Origin: Phycisphaerales bacterium UBA5793
GTDB taxonomy: Bacteria > Planctomycetota > Phycisphaerae > Phycisphaerales > UBA5793
NCBI GenBank assembly: GCA_002418285.1
Contig: DIDT01000018.1
Coordinates: 6,941 to 70,940 of the forward strand
Direction of reading: 5' to 3'
DNA length: 64,000 nt
A model generated the notes under the pieces. It was given only the letters and a program-made list of their open reading frames with translations. It was not told the DNA's origin and did not search any database. Below, piece after piece: positions 52,715-61,585 of this stretch (the stretch's first letter is position 1; the number at the start of each line of letters is the position of its first letter). The translations under genes were made by a program, and so were the position numbers.

Positions 52715-54055
52715 TTATTCCTGCGGTGGCTGCGCGTCGAAATCAAACCACATGAGATGGTGCGTGTTCCACATGGGGTATTCAACGGCCATGCGATAGC
52801 CAACGAATTGTTCGGAGTTCCAGCCGCCGAGTTCGAAGAGGTGTTCGGCCAGCGGCGCGAGTCGGGGATAGGGCGAGCCGTGCAGTCGGGATGTTCCCAG
52901 GCCGAGGTATTCGATCGATGGGGAGCCGGGTAGCTTGTCGTACCAGCGATCGCGGGGGAGGATGACCCGCGGAGTTCCCGTGGGATCGAATTCGACGACG
53001 CCCACGGGATTCTTAGCGAACACTCCGGATGACGCGACTGCGGTTGCGGCCAGCGATCGATGGAGATAGACGACCATGATGAGACGGCGCGAAGGGCCGT
53101 CGGAGAGCAGTTGGCAGAACTGTGTGCGAGGCTCGTCGGCAGCGGGATGGGGATTGCCCTGGTACATGGCGCCAAGTACGACGTCGAATGGGCCGCGCTG
53201 TTCATCGTTTGGCTCGACAAGGACGGGGGCGCGGCCTTCCTGTCGTCGAATGACGATGCGTGGTGCGGGGTCGGAGCAGAATTCGCGGATCAAGCCGATG
53301 TTCCGCCGACTCTCACCCTCGGGGCGACGCAGCGATGCAAGCGGGCTTTCGCTCCGACCCAGCAGTAACTCGGTGTCGGACGATGTGACCGGACAGATGG
53401 GCACGGCGCCGGCGTTGCGCCGAATATCGATGAGGCCTAGTGCAGTCGTGCAATCGAACGCGCCCTTGAACCGAGTCGATGGGCCATAGATGAATGTGGC
53501 AAGTTCCACGCCGTATTCGCGCTCGGTGATGCCCCGTGCGCCTTCGAATGCGAGAATGCGCGCATCGGATTGCCCGGGTTTCGCGGCTGCGGGCATGGTC
53601 GCTGTCACGGTCGCCGGGCGAGTGGGGGCGCTGTCGAATATGGCAAGCATTTTCTTGCGCCCACCGTGACGTTCGAGCAGTGAGGAGTAAGCGGAGACGG
53701 CGGCCTCCGCGGACTCGATTCGCTCGGTGTCGATTCCCCTGTTGCGCGCGGCGGCGAGGAAGCCGGCCAGGCCACGGACGCCGGGCGCTTCGCGAAGGGC
53801 TGCGATTCCTCCGCCGGCAGCGCGGGCAGCGGCGACGGTGCGATGGCAGATCGGCCGGGAGACCTGGAGCCAGCGAGCCATTGACGCCACCGGACGTTGC
53901 TCGACGGGGAACTCGTCGATCAATGCGGCCAACTCTGACTGAAGCCGGTCGCCAGTGCGTTCAGCGGCATGAGTTTCGGCCGGTGCCGGGGGAAGAAGCG
54001 TGCCCGGGGGGACCCGGACTCGAGAGGCTCCGATTCGGTCAGTGGAAGTTCGCAA
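52715..54055 (-). CDS. Hypothetical protein with N-terminal HTH-like segment (putative regulator)
   Basis: 446-aa ORF; VASMARWLQVSRPICHR is HTH-like; divergent from a secreted-protein gene. Confidence 0.65.
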   Translation of the reverse strand: MRTSTDRIGASRVRVPPGTLLPPAPAETHAAERTGDRLQSELAALIDEFPVEQRPVASMARWLQVSRPICHRTVAAARAAGGGIAALREAPGVRGLAGFLAAARNRGIDTERIESAEAAVSAYSSLLERHGGRKKMLAIFDSAPTRPATVTATMPAAAKPGQSDARILAFEGARGITEREYGVELATFIYGPSTRFKGAFDCTTALGLIDIRRNAGAVPICPVTSSDTELLLGRSESPLASLRRPEGESRRNIGLIREFCSDPAPRIVIRRQEGRAPVLVEPNDEQRGPFDVVLGAMYQGNPHPAADEPRTQFCQLLSDGPSRRLIMVVYLHRSLAATAVASSGVFAKNPVGVVEFDPTGTPRVILPRDRWYDKLPGSPSIEYLGLGTSRLHGSPYPRLAPLAEHLFELGGWNSEQFVGYRMAVEYPMWNTHHLMWFDFDAQPPQE

Positions 54056-54244
54056 TTGCCGCTCCGTGGCGTCTTGAAGTGATGTGTTCTCAAAAGTTCT
54101 GTATTATTGTTCGTCAGAATGCGGTAATTGTCCACAAAAATCACGAAAAACTTGGAACATGTGCTGGAATGTTCCCAATAGTGCTGTACAGTTCCTGAAT
54201 AACGCGTAACAAGACCACCACAAACACCCACTGGAGGCCTCACC

Positions 54245-55057
54245 ATGACGAAGCGTTCCGTAGCCCTGGCGTTGGCGGCGATTCTGGCCGTTCCGGCAGC
54301 CGCGTCCGCTGACCACATCCCCGGCCATCACAACTATGACCCGACCTGGCCGGTGCCGATTCCGGGACGCCAGTTCTTCAACGGTGGAGTCCTCTTTGTC
54401 GACGCCATCGGGCCGCTCGGTGGTTACGAGATCACCAGCGCAACCTTTCAGATCACCTACGTGTCGGATGGTGCAACGCCCGCGAGTGAGATCGTGATTT
54501 CCGCCGGCATTCAGACACAGGGTGGGTACCTCGAGACCGAGGTCACGGGCGCCGATCTTGGATTCGGATCGGGGCCGGGCACATTCAAGGGAACCTTTTC
54601 CACGCACGCCCTCGACGGGATTGTCGAGGCTGGTTTCCTTGGGCCCTACAGCCTGGTCAACATGACGATCGATTCACTTCAGGGCGGCATCCAAGGCGAA
54701 GGGTACTTTGTCCGTTCGGCCATCGTTCTGGATGTCATTGGCACCACGCCCAGTCTTCGAGTTGTCGGTGACTGCCCGGGGCCGATGACGTTCACCGTCT
54801 CGGGCGCGCAGCCGAATCAGCGCATTGCGCTGCTTGCGGCGCGCGGTACGGGATCGCTGGAGATTCCGCATGGCGCCTGCTCGGGGCAGATTCTGGGCTT
54901 GAACTCATCGGCGCGGGTTGCTGCGGTTACGACTGCCGACGGAAGCGGCATGGCTGTCTTTGGCGCCACTGTTCCGCCGACGGTGTGTGGGCGAACCTGG
55001 GTGCAGGCGATTGACGCGACCAGTTGTCTCGTCACCGAAGTAATGCCGATTCAGTAG
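54245..55057 (+). CDS. Secreted protein with the same C-terminal domain as the FG-GAP proteins
   Basis: GGAGG RBS, signal peptide ending ASA; GDCPG...CSG...CGR..VQAID..SC tail. Confidence 0.85.
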   Translation: MTKRSVALALAAILAVPAAASADHIPGHHNYDPTWPVPIPGRQFFNGGVLFVDAIGPLGGYEITSATFQITYVSDGATPASEIVISAGIQTQGGYLETEVTGADLGFGSGPGTFKGTFSTHALDGIVEAGFLGPYSLVNMTIDSLQGGIQGEGYFVRSAIVLDVIGTTPSLRVVGDCPGPMTFTVSGAQPNQRIALLAARGTGSLEIPHGACSGQILGLNSSARVAAVTTADGSGMAVFGATVPPTVCGRTWVQAIDATSCLVTEVMPIQ

Positions 55058-55092
55058 CGACTGATGACTCGAGTTTCATTCTCCGTTTGCTG

Positions 55093-55133
55093 CGAGCCCG
55101 GCTTCATCGATTTGGAGCCGGGCTCGTGTTTTT
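55093..55133 (+). terminator. Rho-independent terminator
   Basis: CGAGCCCGGCTTCA / TGGAGCCGGGCTCG stem followed by TGTTTTT. Confidence 0.75.
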
Positions 55134-55221
55134 CCGTCGTGGCAACCGGGAGCAATGAAGTGAGTGCGTATTCGAATTGGTCTCCACGCTGCGTGTGGCG
55201 GGCGCTGGCTGGAGCGGCTGA

Positions 55222-55911
55222 TTACTTGTTGTGACACGCCAGGCACATCTGGCTACTGGTGTTGTCGATGCGCAGCAGGTCGTCGTGACCGCCGCGACGG
55301 TGCGGTTCGTGGCAGGTGGCGCAACTGACGACGGATCGCTCCAGCCCGTCGACGAGCATGGACCGGAGGCGCCCCATGCGCGAGTTGCCAAACGTCTGGT
55401 TTTCCCAGGTGCTGCGCGGGTTGAAGTAGACTGGCTCGGGCTCAGGCCACACGCCGCTGGCGCCGACCGGATGATCGTTGGTCAGATCGGTGGAGAGAAA
55501 TTCTCGAACCGGATGGGGTGCGCCGACGTTGGCGTTGCCGATGAACATGCTCCCGTTGACGCCGCCAAACGAATCCAGCGCGACGGTTCCATCGTGGCAA
55601 CCCATACAGAGAATGCTGTAGGCGTCGAGTGCGTCATCGCGGGGGAGATCGCCGACGAGCGTCTTGTAGATCTGGCTCTGCGGCGGCAGCGCGTGGTTCC
55701 AGAGTTTGCCGGCAACGTACCCGTTGATTTCAACGGTCATCGCATTGTGTGGTGTATGGCATGGCTTACAGATCTCGTTATCCGACCAGCCCTTGTCGGT
55801 GAAGTCATGAGCGCTGCCGCGAATCTGGGCGTTGGCGACTGGCGGGAGCGCCGCACTCATGAAACACGGAAGGGCGAACAGGAACGCAAGTTTGTAAGAG
55901 CCACGTAGCAT
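55222..55911 (-). CDS. Periplasmic tetraheme cytochrome c (doubled CxxCH type)
   Basis: Signal peptide; CKPCH, CMGCH, CATCH, CLACH. Confidence 0.9.
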   Translation of the reverse strand: MLRGSYKLAFLFALPCFMSAALPPVANAQIRGSAHDFTDKGWSDNEICKPCHTPHNAMTVEINGYVAGKLWNHALPPQSQIYKTLVGDLPRDDALDAYSILCMGCHDGTVALDSFGGVNGSMFIGNANVGAPHPVREFLSTDLTNDHPVGASGVWPEPEPVYFNPRSTWENQTFGNSRMGRLRSMLVDGLERSVVSCATCHEPHRRGGHDDLLRIDNTSSQMCLACHNK

Positions 55912-56340
55912 CACGAAACTCCTCAATCGCTGACATCGCGCACAATTGGCGCACGAAGCACCGGAAAAGGAATCGAATAAGATGTGAAGGATTGGCGCGG
56001 TGGGGCAACTCGTCGCGGAGTTCCGCAGAGCAATGAGTTCGCGCGATCCAGGTAGAGACAAACGCCTCCGACCCACCTGACGACCACAACATTGCGGTAC
56101 AGCATATCAGATTACTTGTCCGGCTGCGCCGGGGAAATGACCTTGATTCCACGCGGGGCGGACCTGCTGGAACGGCTCGCAATCGCGCCGCCTGGGACGG
56201 CGAGAATCCCTGTCGAACGAGGGAATTTGGGAGTGGCTCGCAGGTGTGGGCAGAACTCTCGGGCTAGGCAAAGGAATGCCCGCAGGTATCAACTCCCCCC
56301 AGCCGATAAGAGGAGATCGTTCCCTGGCACGAGGTTGATC

Positions 56341-57369
56341 ATGCGGCACCCGCGTGAACGCTCCATCCACATCCACCTGCTGAGTTTCATCGCGGCGGCA
56401 CTCGTGGTGATCCCGCTGGGGTTCTTCGCGCGGCCGGCGTGGACGAGCCCGGTTGGTATCAGCTCATATAGCGGCCTGATTTCCGAGGAGCAGACTATAC
56501 GAATCGCCGTCGAACTCTACCGAGTGCGATACGGCAAAATGCCCGACTTCACGCGGGGTTGGGATGATCTGATGGCGACCGGTTTGTTGAACTACGAGCC
56601 GGTGTATTACCTGGGCGAGCCCAGGGTCCGCCACCCGATTGCGCTAAGCCGCGCGGAGGTTCACACGGTGGCAGATGCCGGCTGGATCTACGAGGCAAGA
56701 CAGAACCGGTGGTTGGGTGTGGTTTCCGCCGACTACGCCAGGTGGTTTCCAGCGTGGGAGGATTTCGCCGACAGGGTGGTCGTCGTGCCCAATGCGCCGA
56801 TTCGGAGCGTGGCGGATCTCTTCCGGCCGCTCAGCCGCCAGCGACCGGTGGCGATTGGTGTTCTCACTGTGCTCGTGATTCTCGTCTTGTCCCGGGGAGT
56901 GAGCCGGATCGCGGAACTCTCGGCGCGGCTCGACTTTCTACGGCAGTGGCCGGAGGCGGATGCTCTTCTGCTGGCGACCGCGGTGCTCCCCACGTTGGTC
57001 TGGCAGACGACCTGGCCGATCAACCTGTACGGGGTTCCGGAGATTGGCCACCAGTACTCTCATCGCATGCACTTCAATATTGGCCTGCTTCTCGTTCCGC
57101 TGATCGTGCTGGTCTCGTTCACGATCTTGCGCCGACTCGTGATCTTGTCAATGGCGGACCGTCGCCGTCTCGCCGTGTTGCACCGTTCCGCTAAGCACCG
57201 CTGCCCGTCCTGTGGTTACGACATGCGCGCCAACCGGAGCCGATGCTCGGAATGTGGAGCGGTTGCTGATCGGCGCGCTGTCAGACAGAGGAGGCCGCGG
57301 CGCGACTTGATGCTGGGGATTCCCGCCCGAACGCGCGGTTTGCGCCGGCGAGTGTGCCCGCCGATATGA
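56341..57369 (+). CDS. Membrane protein with pilin-head-like domain and Zn ribbon (paralog of 44510)
   Basis: Shares SSYS, ADAGWIY, VVVPNAPIR..ADLFRP; CPSCGYD...CSECG. Confidence 0.75.
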   Translation: MRHPRERSIHIHLLSFIAAALVVIPLGFFARPAWTSPVGISSYSGLISEEQTIRIAVELYRVRYGKMPDFTRGWDDLMATGLLNYEPVYYLGEPRVRHPIALSRAEVHTVADAGWIYEARQNRWLGVVSADYARWFPAWEDFADRVVVVPNAPIRSVADLFRPLSRQRPVAIGVLTVLVILVLSRGVSRIAELSARLDFLRQWPEADALLLATAVLPTLVWQTTWPINLYGVPEIGHQYSHRMHFNIGLLLVPLIVLVSFTILRRLVILSMADRRRLAVLHRSAKHRCPSCGYDMRANRSRCSECGAVADRRAVRQRRPRRDLMLGIPARTRGLRRRVCPPI

Positions 57370-57592
57370 GAAGGCGCGGATTGATGCGGCTATGACAGAC
57401 AGGTCAACGCGCCGCGTTGCTCCGAATGCGGACTGATCCTCCAGCTGGCCGGTAATACAGTAATTGGACTATCGTCTGTTTCTTGACAGTGCCGATTGCG
57501 TGGCATGCGTTCACTCCTGCGGCGCCGACGCGGGCAACGCGGCGGACCGGTGCGTCAGGCGCAACCCGGCACGGCGAGAGGGAGATGGTCCA

Positions 57593-58546
57593 TTGAGTGG
57601 AACCAGTGCAGAGCCGACCATTCTCATCGAGTCGCTCGTGAAGCGCTATCCAAATTCCAGCGTCAAGGCGGTCGATGGCATCGATCTCGACGTGCATCAT
57701 GGCGAGATCTTCGGACTCCTCGGCCCCAATGGCGCAGGCAAGACGACGACCATCGGCGTCTGCACGACGCGCGTCATCGCCACCTCCGGTCGCGTTCGCG
57801 TGGTCGGGATCGATGTCGGTGGCGATCCGGCGCGTGTCAAGCAGTTCATCGGCGTGGTCACGCAGTACAGCACGCTGGACCGTTCCCTGACGGCGCTGGA
57901 GAATCTCATCTTCCATGCCCGCTATTTCGGCGCGGGTGCGCGGGATGCGAAACGCCGTGCCGAGATACTGTTGGAGCGATTTCGACTCAAGGACGCTTCG
58001 ATGCGTCTGCCCGATGAACTCTCCGGCGGGATGGCCCAGCGGCTGCAGATTGCTCGCGCCATTGGGCACGGGCCCAAGGTTCTGTTCCTTGACGAACCGA
58101 CCGCCGGCCTCGATCCCCAGAGTCGGCTCAGTCTCTGGGAGCTCGTGCGGCAACTCCGTGACGAGGGAACCACCATTCTCCTCACCACGCACAACATGGA
58201 AGAGGCGGATGAACTCTGTGATCGCATCGCCATCATCGACCACGGCCGCATCCTGGTGTGCGACACACCTGAACGGCTCAAGCAGCAAACGACGACGAAG
58301 ACCGAGATTCACCTTGACTTTCCCGAGCCTCCCCATGGTCTACTCAAGGCGCTGCGCGAGCTGCCGGGCATTGACTCAGCGGTGGCGGTGCCCGAAGGGA
58401 TTCGGATCCTTGCATCAGGCCAGAACGGATTGCTGCAACGCGTGGTAGAGGCAGCGCACGGACACGCCCTGCAACATGTCTCAGTCAAGACGCCAACGCT
58501 CGAGACCGTCTTCATCGAATTGACGGGGAGGGCGCTGCGTGACTGA
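57593..58546 (+). CDS. ABC-2 exporter ATP-binding subunit (DrrA-like)
   Basis: GPNGAGKTT, LSGGM, LFLDEPT, TTH; TTG start inferred from RBS. Confidence 0.92.
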   Translation: MSGTSAEPTILIESLVKRYPNSSVKAVDGIDLDVHHGEIFGLLGPNGAGKTTTIGVCTTRVIATSGRVRVVGIDVGGDPARVKQFIGVVTQYSTLDRSLTALENLIFHARYFGAGARDAKRRAEILLERFRLKDASMRLPDELSGGMAQRLQIARAIGHGPKVLFLDEPTAGLDPQSRLSLWELVRQLRDEGTTILLTTHNMEEADELCDRIAIIDHGRILVCDTPERLKQQTTTKTEIHLDFPEPPHGLLKALRELPGIDSAVAVPEGIRILASGQNGLLQRVVEAAHGHALQHVSVKTPTLETVFIELTGRALRD

Positions 58547-59366
58547 TATCCTCAACATCGCGCGGGGCGGCCGCCTGGGCATCTACGTGCGGGCGTTCAT
58601 CGGGTTGCTGGCCCGCGATGTGCGCGTGCTGCGCCGCGACTTCATTCCGTTTCTGTTGCGCACGGTGATGAATCCCGTCATGTTCACCTTTGTCTTTGCC
58701 TACGTGCTTCCCAAGATCGGCGAAGGATTCCACGGGGGCGGTGCGGCAGATTTCGGCACGATCCTGGTGCCCGGGCTCATGGCGGTGGCGATGATCTTTC
58801 AGGGAATCGCGGCCGTCGCCTTGCCGCTGGTCAACGAGTTCGGCCGGACGCGCGAGATCGAAGACCGCATCATGGCGCCGTTGCCGGTGGCGGGCGTGGC
58901 GATCGAGAAGATCGTGTTCGGCGCGATGCAGAGCATTGTCGCGGCTCTGGTCGTGTTTCCGGTGGTGGCGGTTATCCCTGCCGCACCGGTTTCGGTGCAC
59001 GTGGCGAGCTGGCCGCTTCTGATCGTGGTGCTCCTGCTCGCGAGCCTGATCTCCGGCGCGTTCGGCCTGACGATCGGGACGCTGTTTCGCCCGCAGCAGG
59101 TGCCGCTGATCTTCTCGATCATCGTCGTTCCGGTGACGTTCCTGGGCTGCGTGTACTACCCGTGGCAACTTCTCGATCCGCTGCCGGTCCTGCGTTACGC
59201 GGTGCTGGTGAATCCAGTGGTGTACATCAGCGAGGGGCTGCGTGCCGCGCTGACGCCGGACGTGCCGCACATGCACCCGGCGGCGTTTCTCAGCGCCATG
59301 CTGGTGCTGCTCACGATTCTGGGATCTGCGGCTCTGCGACTCTTCCTCCGCCGAGTGACGGGGTGA
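58539..59366 (+). CDS. ABC-2 exporter permease
   Basis: About six TMs; LVPGL, NPVVYISEGLR; overlaps the ATPase stop. Confidence 0.9.
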   Translation: MTDILNIARGGRLGIYVRAFIGLLARDVRVLRRDFIPFLLRTVMNPVMFTFVFAYVLPKIGEGFHGGGAADFGTILVPGLMAVAMIFQGIAAVALPLVNEFGRTREIEDRIMAPLPVAGVAIEKIVFGAMQSIVAALVVFPVVAVIPAAPVSVHVASWPLLIVVLLLASLISGAFGLTIGTLFRPQQVPLIFSIIVVPVTFLGCVYYPWQLLDPLPVLRYAVLVNPVVYISEGLRAALTPDVPHMHPAAFLSAMLVLLTILGSAALRLFLRRVTG

Positions 59367-59388
59367 AGCTTCGCGGCCTGTTCTCGAA

Positions 59389-59461
59389 AGCCACCGGCCG
59401 GACTCGAACCGGCGACCTGCAGATTACAAATCAGCTGCTCTACCAACTGAGCTACGGTGGC
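59389..59461 (-). tRNA. tRNA-Thr(TGT)
   Basis: GCCACCG acceptor stem, TAGCTCAGTTGGTAGAGC D arm, TGT anticodon, GGTTCGAGTCC T arm; CCA not encoded. Confidence 0.95.
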
Positions 59462-59516
59462 GAATCAGATGGGGTCGATTGTAGCCACATTTCAGGCTCA
59501 TTGGACCGGTCCACGG

Positions 59517-61352
59517 TCAAGGGTGGAACGGCCAGATGACCGGCGCGAGGCAGCATGAGATCACCCACAGGATCAGGTTGAGCGGGATGCCGATCAGGAA
59601 GTAGTCGGTGAACTTGTACCCGCCGGGACCGAACACCATGAGGTTGGTCTGGTAGCCGATGGGCGTCGAGAAGCTCGCCGAGGCGGACATCATGATCGTC
59701 ATCGCGAATGGCATGAAGTCGACGTGCAGTTCCTGCGAGATCGCATGCCCGATGGGGAAGATGAGCACGGCTGCGGCGTTGTGGCCGATGGTCTCGCCGA
59801 AGACCATTGTCACGCCATAGATGATCACCAGCGCCGTCCAGGGATTGTCCGAGGTGAGCGACACCAGACTGTGAGCAATCGAGTTTGCCGCGCCGGTGAC
59901 GTCCAGCGCCTTGCCAAGGGCGAACGCCGCAGCGATGACGATGAGCACCTGCCAGTCGAGGCTCTTGCGCGCCACGTGGCCGGGCACACAGCGCGTGATG
60001 ATCATCAAGCCTGCCGCCGTCATCGCGCCGACGAGCGTGGGGACGCGGAAGAAGGTGATGGCCGCAATCATGCCGACGAGGATGACGATGGCCAGCAGCG
60101 CCTTTTCGTGGCGCGGCGGATTGGAATTCTCGATCTTGCTGACGAGGTAGAAGTCACGGCTGTTACGCTGCTGGTCGGCGAAGTTGGGATGGGCCTCGAG
60201 CAGCAGCGTGTCGCCAGCGCGCACTACGATGTCACCGATCTTCTTCTTGATGCGCTCGCCGTTGCGAGCCACGGCGATGACAACGGCGTTGTAGACGGTG
60301 CGAAACTGGCCATGCCGGATGGTCTTGCCCACGAGACCGCACGTATCAGACACCACGGCTTCGATGAGGCAGCGCTGGGATCGCGGCGCGTCGAGTTTGA
60401 ACACCTGATTGCTGGCGGGTGTCAGCCCGCGCACGCGGTGGAGATCGACGATCGAATCGACGATGCCCACGAAGATGAGTCGGTCGCCGGCGAGGAGTTT
60501 TTCCTGTGGTCCGACGGCGGGGATCACGCGGCCCTGGCGGTCGATCTCCGCAAGGAAGAGCCCAGTGAGCTGGCGCAGTCCGGCTTCTTCGATAGTCTTG
60601 CCGATGAGTGGACCGCCGGCATCCACGGTCATCTCGACGGTGTAGGCGCGCGGGTCATCCTGCGGACTCAGCGGTGGTCTGCGGTCGGGAAGCAGCCAGC
60701 GGCTGAAAACGAGAACATACGCAATGCCCACCACGCAACAGGGCACGCCCAGCCAGGCGATGTCGAACATGCCGATGGGTCGCTGGTTCGGAAACGTCTC
60801 GCTCCACAGCCCGCTGACGACGAGATTCGTGCTCGTACCGATCAGCGTGCACGTGCCGCCGAGGATCGCCGCGTAGCTGAGCGGGATCATGAGCTTGGAG
60901 ACGCTGAGCCGATGCTGCTTGGCCCATTCACTGACGGCAGGGATGAGCATGGCCACCAGCGGCGTGTTGTTCATGAACGCACTGAAGAATGCGACAGGGA
61001 GCATGAGACGCGTCTGAGCGGTGATGACGTTCTTGGGGCGCCCGAGCAATCGCTGACCGAGCCAGGTGACACCGCCAGTCTCCTGCAGGCCGGCAACGAC
61101 CACGAAGAGGACCGCGACGGTGAGCATCCCCTCGTTGGACATGCCGGCTACCGCTTGCTTTGTCGTCAGAATGCCCATGAGAACGAGCAGTGTGACGCCG
61201 CCGACGATGGCTACGTCGGTGCTGATTCGGTTAGAAATGAGCAGGCCCATGATGAGGACGATGACGCCCATCGCCGCCCAGGCATGCCATCCCGGAGGGG
61301 CCGGAGCCGCGGTCGCGGTCTGCGCCACGATGATGAGGGCGGAATGGATCAC
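59517..61352 (-). CDS. SLC13/DASS-family permease with TrkA-C domains
   Basis: SAFMNNTP, GGTCTLIGTSTN, TPIGYQTN, GGYKFTDY; start uncertain. Confidence 0.92.
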   Translation of the reverse strand: MIHSALIIVAQTATAAPAPPGWHAWAAMGVIVLIMGLLISNRISTDVAIVGGVTLLVLMGILTTKQAVAGMSNEGMLTVAVLFVVVAGLQETGGVTWLGQRLLGRPKNVITAQTRLMLPVAFFSAFMNNTPLVAMLIPAVSEWAKQHRLSVSKLMIPLSYAAILGGTCTLIGTSTNLVVSGLWSETFPNQRPIGMFDIAWLGVPCCVVGIAYVLVFSRWLLPDRRPPLSPQDDPRAYTVEMTVDAGGPLIGKTIEEAGLRQLTGLFLAEIDRQGRVIPAVGPQEKLLAGDRLIFVGIVDSIVDLHRVRGLTPASNQVFKLDAPRSQRCLIEAVVSDTCGLVGKTIRHGQFRTVYNAVVIAVARNGERIKKKIGDIVVRAGDTLLLEAHPNFADQQRNSRDFYLVSKIENSNPPRHEKALLAIVILVGMIAAITFFRVPTLVGAMTAAGLMIITRCVPGHVARKSLDWQVLIVIAAAFALGKALDVTGAANSIAHSLVSLTSDNPWTALVIIYGVTMVFGETIGHNAAAVLIFPIGHAISQELHVDFMPFAMTIMMSASASFSTPIGYQTNLMVFGPGGYKFTDYFLIGIPLNLILWVISCCLAPVIWPFHP

Positions 61353-61585
61353 AGAAGAGGGCGTCCCCGTCACTCTCAAGCAGATTGGGCGGCCGCAGGC
61401 TCTTCCGACGGCCGATAACGATAGACCTCGCAAGGCGAGGTGATGGTCACATCATCGGCCATGTCACACAACCGGACCAGTGCTGTGATTCGGTGAGTCA
61501 GCGTGCGATCAACGGCACGATGATGCCGCATGCGGCGCGACGGTGGTGATCGCGCCTCGCAGGCGCGTCGGGTGGCAGCCGCACG

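Noticed and set aside
59389-59420. tRNA-Thr 3' end as an island attachment site
   Set aside because: No integrase and no duplicated tRNA 3' end were seen in the window
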